Below, one piece after another: positions 28,801 through 37,472 of a stretch of DNA of 59,447 nt. Origin of the DNA: Elusimicrobiota bacterium (GTDB lineage: Bacteria > Elusimicrobiota > Elusimicrobia > Elusimicrobiales > UBA9959). The translations under genes were made by a program, and so were the position numbers. Within the stretch, counting starts at the first letter, position 1. Each line of letters opens with the position of its first letter. The notes beneath the pieces are model-generated. The model worked only from the letters and a program-made list of their open reading frames with translations. It had not been told where the DNA came from and made no database searches. Location of the stretch: positions 1-59,447 of the forward strand of contig JAJUJA010000005.1 in the NCBI GenBank assembly GCA_029267355.1, given 5' to 3'.

Positions 28801-28957
28801 CTCTCAGAGATGTTTGAACCGTGACAAAAGGGAACTCTATGTTGGGGTAAAGGTCAACGCCCAGTCTTGCAAAGGCAAATAAGCCGAGAACAACTATGGC
28901 CACGGAAGTCATTGAAGTGAAAACCGGCCTTTTCACTGAAAATTCTATTATTTTCAT
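25871..28957 (-). CDS. RND efflux permease (AcrB/HAE1-like)
   Basis: 1028 aa, VIDDAVVMIENI, RLRPILMTT, 12-TM pattern. Confidence 0.95.
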   Translation of the reverse strand: MKIIEFSVKRPVFTSMTSVAIVVLGLFAFARLGVDLYPNIEFPFVTVQTSLRGASPEEIESSVTKIIEEAVNTVSGIEDLSSTSYEGLSVVMIKFELEKDPDVAAQEIRDKVNSVLSQLPQGTDQPVISKVDFGSMPVMSIAAASRRNIIEFTNIVKKQIKENIETVNGVGAIDLIGGREREIHILVNPLKLQALNISIKQVKDALTQHNVEIPGGKVEQKDKDFVLRTLGRITSPKDFEDIVVASANGAQIKISDIAKVEDTGEEIQSVSYLNGVPAITLTVRKQSGTNTVEVIDKVKERLSELKKTLPKDVEVKVIGDQSIFIKGSVHAVYEHLVLGSILASLIILLFIGDWRSTIISSVAIPVSLIGAFALMDKSGFTLNNMTLLGLMIAVGLVIDDAVVMIENIHRHMEKYGKSPYEAAISGSAEIGFAVIAISISLLAIFVPLAYMSGMVGRFINSYGLSIAYAVAISTFVALTITPMLSSIFLKKAHGSTKFQQFVDKLNKYIADRYVIVLEWALSNRKKMVLFAFLVIASMFPLLFLIGKDFLPQDDTGMFQVNITAPEGTNIEMMKNVSFQIEKEMKRIPYVKESLVLVGSGQGNVNASNQSSLFFELTPASERSVPLSAVMASARKMLEKYNTLRTSVIIGGQGSISGMKNYDMEYVITGPELDKLQYASSEILGKLKNIRGAVDLDTSFTYAKPEYRVIIDREKAAKLGVKPEDIATSLRTMVGGAENITKYKEGDDLYQVRVRADKNYRNSPEVVKALMVPAAQGRVVRLDSVAKLEEGMGPTQIDRYNRQRKISIYANLEKEASLSKLLNICQSSFASLKFPPQYKAQPTGKAKEFGRMLKSFIMSFILAFLFVYIVLAAQFESFVYPVSIIVVLPLTLPFAIISLFLTGSNLTIFSLMGMFMLFGIVKKNSILQVDYTNTLRAEGKPRYEAMIEANRTRLRPILMTTLTLIFAMLPTAFGTGPGANMRRSMAWVIIGGQSLSLLITLLMTPVTYSYMDDMQQWLKDKFGFGKRES

Positions 28958-28977
28958 ATTTTCCTTCCAGAGATGCT

Positions 28978-29871
28978 TCAGTTATCCTGCGCCAGAGATA
29001 TCTTTGCCTTGTCATAAATGCCGTAAAGTCCGACAGTGACAATTTTATCTTTCGGCGAAATATTTTTGACCTGCGCATACTGAGAATCGCTAAGTCCCAA
29101 AGAAGCCTTTATTTCCCTTACTGAATGGCCTGTTTCATCCACAGCGTATATATAGGGAATATTGTCCTTGTAGACTATGGCGGAAAGCGGCACAGCCAGC
29201 ACATTTTTGGCTTCATTGACTGAAATTCTTGCCTCGCAGAACATTCCTGATTTAAGATAAGAACCGCTGTTATCCGCCACAGCCTCAACAAGAGCGGTTT
29301 TTGAAACTCTGTCCACCACAGGACTTATTTTTTCTATAACTGCGTAAAAAACTTTTTCAGGCCAGGCCTCAACCCTGAAACTGACTTTCTGGCCGAGACG
29401 GACATTTGAAAGATATTTCTCCGGCACATCCATTTGTATTCTGACCTTTTTCTGATTTACCACAAGAGCTATCGGCGTCTGAACCGTTATATCAGCTCCA
29501 GGGTCCTGGTATATTCTGCCTATGACTCCATCCAGCGTGGAAGGTATCGGAGCCGGTTCATAAACGACGCCCACCTCATCTTTCTTAACATAAGCTATAG
29601 CCTGATCTTTTGCGACGGCATCGCCTTCCCTAAGGACGTTTTCAACCAATTTTCCGTTAATTCTTGAATATATAGTCGCTTCTTCCATAGCCTTAACTGC
29701 GGCGCCAAGGACTATCTCATTTGAAATAGTTCTTAAAGAAGGATTTTCCGCTTTTACAAAGAAAACGTCCTTCTCAATAGCGGCAAAAGCCTCGGCTTCC
29801 CTGTTTTTACAGGAAGTAAAAGAAAGAGCCAAAAGCACCGCACCCAAAAGAATAAATTTTTTATTTTCCAT
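28978..29871 (-). CDS. RND periplasmic adaptor (MFP), lipoprotein, short hairpin
   Basis: Lipobox-like FTSC, lipoyl-like halves, LKSGMF. Start moved to ATG 29871 (SD GGAGG). Confidence 0.88.
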   Translation of the reverse strand: MENKKFILLGAVLLALSFTSCKNREAEAFAAIEKDVFFVKAENPSLRTISNEIVLGAAVKAMEEATIYSRINGKLVENVLREGDAVAKDQAIAYVKKDEVGVVYEPAPIPSTLDGVIGRIYQDPGADITVQTPIALVVNQKKVRIQMDVPEKYLSNVRLGQKVSFRVEAWPEKVFYAVIEKISPVVDRVSKTALVEAVADNSGSYLKSGMFCEARISVNEAKNVLAVPLSAIVYKDNIPYIYAVDETGHSVREIKASLGLSDSQYAQVKNISPKDKIVTVGLYGIYDKAKISLAQDN

Positions 29872-29888
29872 AAAGTCCTCCAAAAATC

Positions 29889-31745
29889 TTAATCGCCAAG
29901 CTCCCATTCAAGCCGGGCCAGATTACTGCAATAATCATGTTCAGCCTGAGCCCAGAGAGTTTCAGCCCTATTTAAGGCCAAAGCTGTATCATTAAGGTCA
30001 AGCTGTCCGGCAAGGCCGTTTCTGAATCTGCTTTCCATCGCCTCAAGCGCCTTCCTGGCCGTTGAAACGGAAGTTTTCTGCGAGTCCATTCTTTTTTTAG
30101 CTTCCTCTAAATCCAGAATAGCGCTTTTAAGATCTATCTTTATCTTTCTTTTCAAGTCGTCAAGATTTCTCTGAGCAACTGTTACTCCGCCTTCGGCCTG
30201 CTTTATTCTCGCAGATACTGAAAAACCGCTGAAAATCGGCATATTGAATTTTATGCCCGCTACGGCGCTCCATGAACGCATGGATGAAGAAGGAAACCCC
30301 GAATCGCTTTGGCCTGAGAAAGATTTGGAGGCAAAACCGTAAAGGTTAGGCCAATGTCCGGCCTTTTCCAGACGCAGCTGCTTTTTAGCCAGCTCAAGAT
30401 TTAAAGAAGCCAGTCTGTAATCTGAACGTTTTTTAAGCGCCGCGGCATAAAGCTGATCATAGTCAGGAACTGTAAATTCCCCGCAAAAAGGGCCCGAGGA
30501 AAGCTCTATTTTCTCGTCAGGGTCCAGACCTATTATATTTTTCAAAGCGAGCAGACCTTGATTATAGGCATTTTCAGCTTTTATAAGACTCGGCTCATTA
30601 TTTGAAACCTCAACTTCCTGCCTCATAACTTCCAAATCGCTTTTCAATCCTTTTGAAAACTGCTCCTTTATAGTAGCCAGATGCTGTCTGGATATTTCCA
30701 AAGTCTCTTTCTGTATTTCAGCCATTTCTCTCATCAAGGCGACGGAGTAATATGTTTGTTTCACGGTTCTTTTTATGGTTCTTTTTGAAGAAAGCAGATT
30801 TTCCTTTGCCGAATCGGCATAAATTTCCGCCATTTCTATGCCCGTGCCTACTTTTCCGCCAGCCCAAAGCACCTGATTCAAATCCAGACTGGCAGAATAA
30901 GCATTGTCCATTCCTATCTCTATTTTGTTACCGCCGAAAAAAAGAGACTGTTTTTCTATATTTCTTGTATATGAAGCGGAAAGCGAAAGCGAGGGATAAA
31001 CTCCGCCCCAATATTCACGTATTCTTTGCTGATATATTCTCTGATTTTCAACAGCATTAAGAACTGACACATTTTTGCTCATTGCGGTTTCAACCGCTTC
31101 TTCAACGCTAAGCTGCGCAAAGGAAAATGAAGATAAGAAAGGAATCAAAATGACAAACAACATATACTTCATATTCCTTATTCCGGCGGCGGCTATAGCT
31201 GACAATTTTTTAAGTAAATCCGGGCCTATTGAATTTTTAGCCAATCTCGTTTCAAGTATCTGATAAGACAAAAGCGCCGATATCATATGGATTATGTATT
31301 CAAGGTCATTTTTCCTGATTTTCCCTGCCTCAACCATGGCTGACAGCTTTTCTCTCACCTTTTGCCTGTTTTTTTCTCTCATCTGCATGGCATGTTTTCT
31401 TATAGGGCTTGATTCAGGGGCATCCATTATTTTCATAATGCATTTTACGACATCTGGATTTGAATTTAAAAAATCATGATGCTTTTTCAATACTGCATAA
31501 ATAATATCTTGCGGATTTTCACATTTATCGGAGTCAAACTCCAGATCTTCCAGTTCTCTTGCTTTGCAGGAAAAAACCTGTTTTATAAGATCTTCCTTAT
31601 CCTTGAAGTAATAGTAAATCATCGGCTTGGTAACTGAGAGATTGGCCGCTATCTCGCGCATTGAAACGGCTTCAACGCCTTTCTCCCCCATGAGCCTTAC
31701 GGCTTCCTTCAAAATGTCTTCCTTTGAAATTTTTATTTTTCTCAT
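29889..31745 (-). CDS. TetR/AcrR-family regulator fused to TolC-family outer membrane factor
   Basis: aa 1-~190 TetR (SMREIAANLSVTKPMIYYYFKDKEDL HTH). aa 192-210 signal-peptide-like MKYMLFVILIPFLSSFSFA. aa 211-618 two OEP repeats. No stop between them. Confidence 0.88.
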   Translation of the reverse strand: MRKIKISKEDILKEAVRLMGEKGVEAVSMREIAANLSVTKPMIYYYFKDKEDLIKQVFSCKARELEDLEFDSDKCENPQDIIYAVLKKHHDFLNSNPDVVKCIMKIMDAPESSPIRKHAMQMREKNRQKVREKLSAMVEAGKIRKNDLEYIIHMISALLSYQILETRLAKNSIGPDLLKKLSAIAAAGIRNMKYMLFVILIPFLSSFSFAQLSVEEAVETAMSKNVSVLNAVENQRIYQQRIREYWGGVYPSLSLSASYTRNIEKQSLFFGGNKIEIGMDNAYSASLDLNQVLWAGGKVGTGIEMAEIYADSAKENLLSSKRTIKRTVKQTYYSVALMREMAEIQKETLEISRQHLATIKEQFSKGLKSDLEVMRQEVEVSNNEPSLIKAENAYNQGLLALKNIIGLDPDEKIELSSGPFCGEFTVPDYDQLYAAALKKRSDYRLASLNLELAKKQLRLEKAGHWPNLYGFASKSFSGQSDSGFPSSSMRSWSAVAGIKFNMPIFSGFSVSARIKQAEGGVTVAQRNLDDLKRKIKIDLKSAILDLEEAKKRMDSQKTSVSTARKALEAMESRFRNGLAGQLDLNDTALALNRAETLWAQAEHDYCSNLARLEWELGD

Positions 31746-31796
31746 AATTTACCTACCGGCAAGTAAATTATAACTTAAAAAAGCCGGCACTGTCAA
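31744..31796 (-). promoter_or_regulatory. Consensus promoter with overlapping palindromic TetR-type operator
   Basis: TTGACA (31796-31791), 18 bp, TATAAT (31772-31767). A 28-bp imperfect palindrome ATAATTTAC-CTACCGGCAA-GTAAATTAT (31744-31771) covers the -10, the start site and part of the ATG. Confidence 0.82.
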
Positions 31797-31826
31797 GCTT
31801 GGTTTTTTGTAAACGAAAAACGCGGG

Positions 31827-33287
31827 TTAAAATCTGGAGCTTTTAAGCAGATTAAAAAGCTTAATATACTCGCCGGCGGATTTATTCCATGAGTAATCGC
31901 CTTTCATCGCATTTCTGACAGCGCTGTTCCAAAGCTCTCTGGATGAGTAAAGAGATATTATACGGCCAAGAATACTTGACATATTCTCCGCATTGGGGAA
32001 GGCCATGGAAAAGCCGTTTGAGGCGGTAAAATTATCTTTGTCATAAAAGACTGTATCCCTCAGCCCGCCGGTGGCATTAACAACCGGCAAAGCGCCGTAT
32101 CTCATTGATATCATCTGGCTTAAGCCGCAGGGCTCAAACCTTGAAGGCATAAGAAAAATATCGCAAGACGCGTAGATCTTATGCGCCATTTCCTCGTCAA
32201 ATGAGTTTATGAAAGCGGCCCTGCCCGGATTTTTTTCGGCAAGATCTTTCAAAGCCTCCGTAATTGCCGGCTCGCCTACTCCCAGAAATACGAATTGCAT
32301 TTTATCCAGAAAAGCCGGCGCGGATTGGGCGATTATATCCACGCCCTTTTGCCAGTCCAGTCTTGAAACGCAGCCGGCCAGAACGGCGTTTTTATCCTCT
32401 TTAAGTCCCAGTTCTTTTTGCAATGATTTTTTGCAATGCGGCTTGCCGCGCCAGAAGGTCTTGTGATCATATCCTCTGTAGATAAAGGTATCAGTGGCCG
32501 GGTCCCATATTTCGGTGTCTATGCCGTTTAGTATGCCGAAAAGCTTTTCGCTTCTGCTTTTAAGCACGCCTTCAAGCCCCTTACCGAAGTCCGCGCCTGA
32601 TTGAATTTCAAGGGCATAGGTCGGGCTGACCGTCGTAACAAAATCGGCAAAGATTATCCCCGCCTTCATAAAATTTATTCCGCCGTAAAACTCAAGCTTG
32701 TCAGGTGTAAAATCCATCCACCCGAAACCGGCCTTTACGAAGGTCTCTCTCGGAAACATGCCCTGATAGGCGATATTATGTATTGTAAATACAGTCCCGG
32801 TTTTAGCAAAAAAAGCGTCTATCAAATACAGCGTTTTCAAATAGGCGGGAATTAAAGCGGTCTGCCAGTCATGACAATGTATTATGTCGGGCTTAAAGCC
32901 CAGGAATTTCGCGCCTTCAAGAACAGCCCTGGAAAAGAAAATAAATCTTTCATCATTGTCCTGATAATCGCCGTGCGGACCCCTGTAAAGTCCCGGCCTG
33001 TCAAAATATTTTTGATTCTCAACAAAATAAACCTTAACCTTGCCCCATTGCGCCAGATAAAGAGAAGCTTTCTCAAGCCTGCCGGAGACGGGGACAAGAT
33101 AGCTTCCGGGCACGGCCTTAAATGAAAAAGCGCCGCCGCCGGTATTTCTGTATTTAGGCAGAAAAAGAACAAGTTCGTCAACATTTTCGCAGCCGGAAAA
33201 AAACCTTGAAAGAGCCCCTGTCACGTCGGCAAGGCCTCCCGTTTTACAAAATGGAAAAGCTTCTGAAGCCGCCTGAAGAATTTTCAT
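31827..33287 (-). CDS. glgA: Glycogen synthase
   Basis: KTGGLADV, HCHDWQT, TIHNIAYQG, PSRFEPCGL. Confidence 0.96.
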   Translation of the reverse strand: MKILQAASEAFPFCKTGGLADVTGALSRFFSGCENVDELVLFLPKYRNTGGGAFSFKAVPGSYLVPVSGRLEKASLYLAQWGKVKVYFVENQKYFDRPGLYRGPHGDYQDNDERFIFFSRAVLEGAKFLGFKPDIIHCHDWQTALIPAYLKTLYLIDAFFAKTGTVFTIHNIAYQGMFPRETFVKAGFGWMDFTPDKLEFYGGINFMKAGIIFADFVTTVSPTYALEIQSGADFGKGLEGVLKSRSEKLFGILNGIDTEIWDPATDTFIYRGYDHKTFWRGKPHCKKSLQKELGLKEDKNAVLAGCVSRLDWQKGVDIIAQSAPAFLDKMQFVFLGVGEPAITEALKDLAEKNPGRAAFINSFDEEMAHKIYASCDIFLMPSRFEPCGLSQMISMRYGALPVVNATGGLRDTVFYDKDNFTASNGFSMAFPNAENMSSILGRIISLYSSRELWNSAVRNAMKGDYSWNKSAGEYIKLFNLLKSSRF

Positions 33288-34264
33288 CTTTCCTCCCTGT
33301 CAGGATTAAAAATTTTTCCCTTTCTCAGAATATCTGCCGCAGTTTCCGGCTTGAGAGAATTTATATGAAAGCCGCTGCCCCATTCAAATCCGGCCATATT
33401 GGCAAGTTTGGGCAAAATCTCTATATGCCAGTGATAATGCCTGTAATCGCCCTTCGGCGAGCTGTGAATTATCATATTGTAGGAAAGGTCTTTTACGCTT
33501 TTTTTCAGTTTTGAAAAAACATTCTTCACGGCAGCCGCCAGAGAATAGAAATCATTATTCCCTGCTTCAAATTCCGGCTGATGTTTTTTAGGCATAATCC
33601 ACACTTCAAAAAAGAATCTGCTGGCAAAAGGGCAGAAGGCGGCATAGGAACTATTTTCATAGACCAGCCTTTCCTTAAGTTTCATCTCATTTTTTAAAGT
33701 TTCGCAAAAAAGGCATTTTCTGTTCTTCTTATAGAAAGCGGCAGATTTTTGAAGCTCGTTTTCAGCTGTAACAGGCACGAGCGGAAGGCCTATGATCTGC
33801 GAATGAGGGTGTCTGAGGCTGGCGCCGGCATTTCTTCCCACATTTTTGAAAACCATGGCGTATTTTATGTTCTTTTCCTTTTTCATCCCGGCGCATCTCT
33901 GAGCGCAAATCTCAAATATTTTGCCGATTCTTTCAGTAGAAAATTTTTCCATGCTTGAATTATGCTCGGGCGTTTCAATGAGCACATCATGCAGGCCGTA
34001 GCCGCCGGCATACTCATAAAGACCATTTGACGGTTTGATGAAATTTTCGATTGAAGTCAAAGCCGGATATCTGTTGGGAACCAGCCTTATCTGCCAGTTC
34101 TTTTTTGACGGCCAGCTTAATATTTCAGGCGGCGTCTCTTCTTCGCGCCCGCGGCAAAACGGGCATTTAATGCCTTTTTTCTCATAATCATTCGGCCGGC
34201 CCATTCTTTTGTCCGAGAATATTACCCAGCCGTTGCCGAAAGCATCTTTTCTTATCTCAGGCAT
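33284..34264 (-). CDS. galT: GalT-family hexose-1-phosphate nucleotidyltransferase
   Basis: CPFC Zn site, NRYP, GASLRHPHSQ (HPH), YHWHIEILP, GFEWGSG. Confidence 0.85.
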   Translation of the reverse strand: MPEIRKDAFGNGWVIFSDKRMGRPNDYEKKGIKCPFCRGREEETPPEILSWPSKKNWQIRLVPNRYPALTSIENFIKPSNGLYEYAGGYGLHDVLIETPEHNSSMEKFSTERIGKIFEICAQRCAGMKKEKNIKYAMVFKNVGRNAGASLRHPHSQIIGLPLVPVTAENELQKSAAFYKKNRKCLFCETLKNEMKLKERLVYENSSYAAFCPFASRFFFEVWIMPKKHQPEFEAGNNDFYSLAAAVKNVFSKLKKSVKDLSYNMIIHSSPKGDYRHYHWHIEILPKLANMAGFEWGSGFHINSLKPETAADILRKGKIFNPDREER

Positions 34265-34980
34265 TATTTTCCTTCTTGAGAATTTTCAGTTTGTGAATCT
34301 TCTTCCTTCTGCTCAACCGCGGCAGTTTGCGGGGCCTGAGACTGAACTTCAGTTTCAGGATCTTTTTTCAACTCACCGGCCGCTTCCTCAAAAAGCGACG
34401 GGGTCTGCTCTTCCTGTTTTGGGCCCGCCATTATTTCATTGACTCTGTCAACGCTTTCCTTTGAAATCATATTTTCAAGATGAGGCAGGTCGGCCAGCGA
34501 GTTAAGGCCGAACTGTCTCAGGAATTCTTCCGTAGTTCCGAAAAGTATCGGTCTGCCTATGGTCTCAGCCCTGCCGAGAACCGTTATCAGCTTTCTTTCC
34601 AGCAAAGTGTCAAGCGGCCCCATAACGTCAACACCTCTTATTCTCTCTATCTGAGCCCTTGTCACCGGCTGTTTATAGGCAATTATACAAAGCGTTTCCA
34701 GAGCCGCATTTGAAAGCCGCATGGTAAGCCTTGTCTGATAAAGTTTTCTCACCCAGAGACTATACTCGCTTCTCGTGGCCATTTGCCAGCCGCCGGCGAC
34801 TTTCATAATACAAAGCGCGCGGTTTTCAATATCATAGGAGTGTTTGATCTTCTCCAGTATTTCTTCCATATGCTTGACATTCTTGACTTCGCATATCTTG
34901 GCCATTCTTTCGGTTTTTATCGGCTCATCCGTTATGAACAAAAGAGTTTCAACGGCTTTTATCAATTCATTTTCTTCCAT
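34264..34980 (-). CDS. scpB: SMC-Scp complex subunit ScpB
   Basis: LSNAALETL.IIAYKQPVTR..IE.IRGV, GRP..FGTT..FL..FGL. Confidence 0.95.
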   Translation of the reverse strand: MEENELIKAVETLLFITDEPIKTERMAKICEVKNVKHMEEILEKIKHSYDIENRALCIMKVAGGWQMATRSEYSLWVRKLYQTRLTMRLSNAALETLCIIAYKQPVTRAQIERIRGVDVMGPLDTLLERKLITVLGRAETIGRPILFGTTEEFLRQFGLNSLADLPHLENMISKESVDRVNEIMAGPKQEEQTPSLFEEAAGELKKDPETEVQSQAPQTAAVEQKEEDSQTENSQEGK

Positions 34981-34992
34981 AGTGTTCTCCGA

Positions 34993-35703
34993 TTAATTTT
35001 CCGGCTCTTTTCTGGCGTAAATTCTCACTTCCTTGAAAGCATCATCTTGAGAAACAATTATCTTTCTCTGCTTTATAAGCTCAAGCATGGCCAGAAAGCA
35101 GGTTATTATCGCAAGTTTTTTAGTCTCATTTTCAAAAACCTCGTCAAGAAGAACCCATTCTTTCGCGGCGAGAAGATTCATTATTTTTTCCATCCTGCTT
35201 TCTATAGGAAAATCCTCTCCGCTTATCTCTTTTCTATCCGGCAGTTTTTCAAAAGCCCTTTTAACCGCCTCTATTATGGCCGCAAATTCGGCGTCCAGAA
35301 CTTTATCCTCCACGCTGAAAACCGGGGAGCCTCTGTAAAAAACGTCTCTATACTTGACAAAACGCTCTTCCAGAACCTTGGAAGCGGTCTTAAATTTCTG
35401 ATACTCTTCAAGCTGCTGTATGAGCCCGGCTCTGGGGTCCTGCCCTTCCTCGCCTTCCTCCGGACTCGGCTGTTTAGGCAAAAGCATCTTCGCCTTTATC
35501 TGCATAAGAGTTGAAGCCATGACAAGGAATTCCCCAGCTACTTCCAGATTAAGCTCTTTCATCACTTCCAGATAGGAAAGATATTCGCTTGTTATTTCCG
35601 ATATCTTTATGTCGTATATATCCATGTTGTTTTTTTTGACCAGATACAGAAGCAGGTCAAGAGGCCCTTCAAAAACCTCAAGATGTATGTCCATCATATT
35701 CAT
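34993..35703 (-). CDS. scpA: Kleisin ScpA
   Basis: FEGPLDLLLYL, EFLVMASTL..IKAKMLLP, FLAMLEL. Start at 35703 gives an ATGA overlap with trpS. Confidence 0.95.
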   Translation of the reverse strand: MNMMDIHLEVFEGPLDLLLYLVKKNNMDIYDIKISEITSEYLSYLEVMKELNLEVAGEFLVMASTLMQIKAKMLLPKQPSPEEGEEGQDPRAGLIQQLEEYQKFKTASKVLEERFVKYRDVFYRGSPVFSVEDKVLDAEFAAIIEAVKRAFEKLPDRKEISGEDFPIESRMEKIMNLLAAKEWVLLDEVFENETKKLAIITCFLAMLELIKQRKIIVSQDDAFKEVRIYARKEPEN

Positions 35704-36785
35704 ATAAGTTTGGCCTCCGCCGAAGCTTTTTTCATGGTTTCTTCGGCCTTTTCGCATGCCTTTTCGGCTCCTTCTTTCAGCACTTTTTCAACATAAGCGA
35801 AATCCGAGCAGTATCTTGAAATTTTCTCAGACATATCCTTCATTGAAGGATTCATCAGTTCATAAAGATGTTTTTTGCAGGCTCCGCATCCTATGGCGCC
35901 TTCCCTGCACTCTCTCTCTCTGACCGAAAAATTATTATTGTAAAGCTTATGAAAAGCGAACACGACGCAGCCGTCTGGATTGCCCTTGTCATTTGCTTTA
36001 AGTTTTGAGGGGTCCGTGAACATCTTCTTTATCTTGCCTTCCAGCGCCGCATCGCAGTCTGAAAGCTCTATGGTATTGCCGTAGGATTTTGACATTTTCC
36101 TTTTATCAAGGCCGGGGACGAAGGGAGAAGAGGTAAAAAGAGGCTGAGGCTCAACAAATACCTTGCATTTGAATATATGGTTAAAGCGCCTGGCTATTTC
36201 CCTTGTCAGCTCCAGATGCGGCAGCTGGTCTTTGCCTATGGGAACATGCGAGGCGCCGTAAAGCAGTATATCAGCCGCCTGTAAGACTGGATAGCCAAGA
36301 AAGCCGTAATTGCTCAGCTCGGAATTCAGGGCCATATTTTCCTCGGCAGTGAAGCCGTGCGATGAAGCCACAGCATCCATGGCGCCTTCGCTCTTTTTCA
36401 TCTTGTCTTCCTGGCCTTTGTATTTTTGCCTATAAAGCTCCGTCAATTGCTCCTTAAAAGTCGGATTTCTCAAAAGCCAGGATATCGGCGTTATCATTCC
36501 AAGCATCAGATAAAGCTCGCTGTGCGCTTTTACATGGGATTGTCTGAAAATGACGCATTTTTCCGGATTTAAGCCCGCGGCCAGCCAGTCGGCGGCCAGT
36601 TTAAGAGTATTTTCATTTACGGGTGTTTTTTCAAAAGCTGTGGTGAGGGCATGCCAGTCGGCGGCAAAGAAATAGCATTCGCAGTTTTCCTGAAGCTCAA
36701 GATAATTTTTTAAGGCGCCCCAGTAATTGCCCAAATGAAGGCGTCCCGTGGGGCGCATACCTGACACTATTGTTCTTTTTTCCAT
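35700..36785 (-). CDS. trpS: Tryptophan--tRNA ligase
   Basis: SGMRPTGRLHLGN, YPVLQAADIL, GKDQLPH, KMSKS. Confidence 0.96.
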   Translation of the reverse strand: MEKRTIVSGMRPTGRLHLGNYWGALKNYLELQENCECYFFAADWHALTTAFEKTPVNENTLKLAADWLAAGLNPEKCVIFRQSHVKAHSELYLMLGMITPISWLLRNPTFKEQLTELYRQKYKGQEDKMKKSEGAMDAVASSHGFTAEENMALNSELSNYGFLGYPVLQAADILLYGASHVPIGKDQLPHLELTREIARRFNHIFKCKVFVEPQPLFTSSPFVPGLDKRKMSKSYGNTIELSDCDAALEGKIKKMFTDPSKLKANDKGNPDGCVVFAFHKLYNNNFSVRERECREGAIGCGACKKHLYELMNPSMKDMSEKISRYCSDFAYVEKVLKEGAEKACEKAEETMKKASAEAKLI

Positions 36786-36786
36786 G

Positions 36787-37428
36787 TTATACCGCCAGTC
36801 CGGCAAGAGCCATCAATTTTAAAACTAAACCCATAGGATAAACGATAAAAAGCTTGAACAGGCCTGTCAGAGCCATGAATATTATGATGTAAAAGCCGTA
36901 GGGTATATGCCTTTCATAGACCTGAAGCGCCTTATAAGGCAGAAGCCCCATAAGTATCTGGCTGCCGTCAAGAGGATATATGGGGATGAGGTTAAAGAAA
37001 GCCAAAGCGATGTTTATATACACCATAAAAGTCAGAAGATGGTAAAAAGGGACAAAAAAGGCAAGACCAAAAAGGCCTGAGATATAAAAAAGCTTAAGGA
37101 CAGCCGCGCTTAGAAAGGCAAGAGCGAAGTTGGAAGCCGGGCCGCTGGCAGCCACAAAAACCATATCATATCTTGGATCTCTCATCCTGTATGGATTTAC
37201 CGGCACCGGCTTGGCCCAGCCTATGAAAGGCATATGTGAAAAGTATGCCAGAGCCGGCAAAATTATGGTGCCGACCGGGTCTATATGCGGTATGGGATTA
37301 AGCGTGAGACGGCCGGAGAGATATGCCGTATCATCGCCCCTTTTATAAGCCGTATAACCATGCATAAATTCGTGAATTATGATGGAAAAAAACAAGGCGG
37401 GTATTTGTAAAATCCACTCCATAAGCAT
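36787..37428 (-). CDS. Site-2 protease (M50) family membrane metalloprotease
   Basis: HEFMH, AASGP.SN, NLIPIYPLDG. True start may be the ATG at 37422. Confidence 0.92.
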   Translation of the reverse strand: MLMEWILQIPALFFSIIIHEFMHGYTAYKRGDDTAYLSGRLTLNPIPHIDPVGTIILPALAYFSHMPFIGWAKPVPVNPYRMRDPRYDMVFVAASGPASNFALAFLSAAVLKLFYISGLFGLAFFVPFYHLLTFMVYINIALAFFNLIPIYPLDGSQILMGLLPYKALQVYERHIPYGFYIIIFMALTGLFKLFIVYPMGLVLKLMALAGLAV

Positions 37429-37472
37429 AAATTATATTATTTATTTGATTTGACTTCCAAATGGTTAAGAAA

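Noticed and set aside
34783-35514. 243-aa plus-strand ORF
   Set aside because: Antisense shadow of scpA/scpB with no recognisable motifs.
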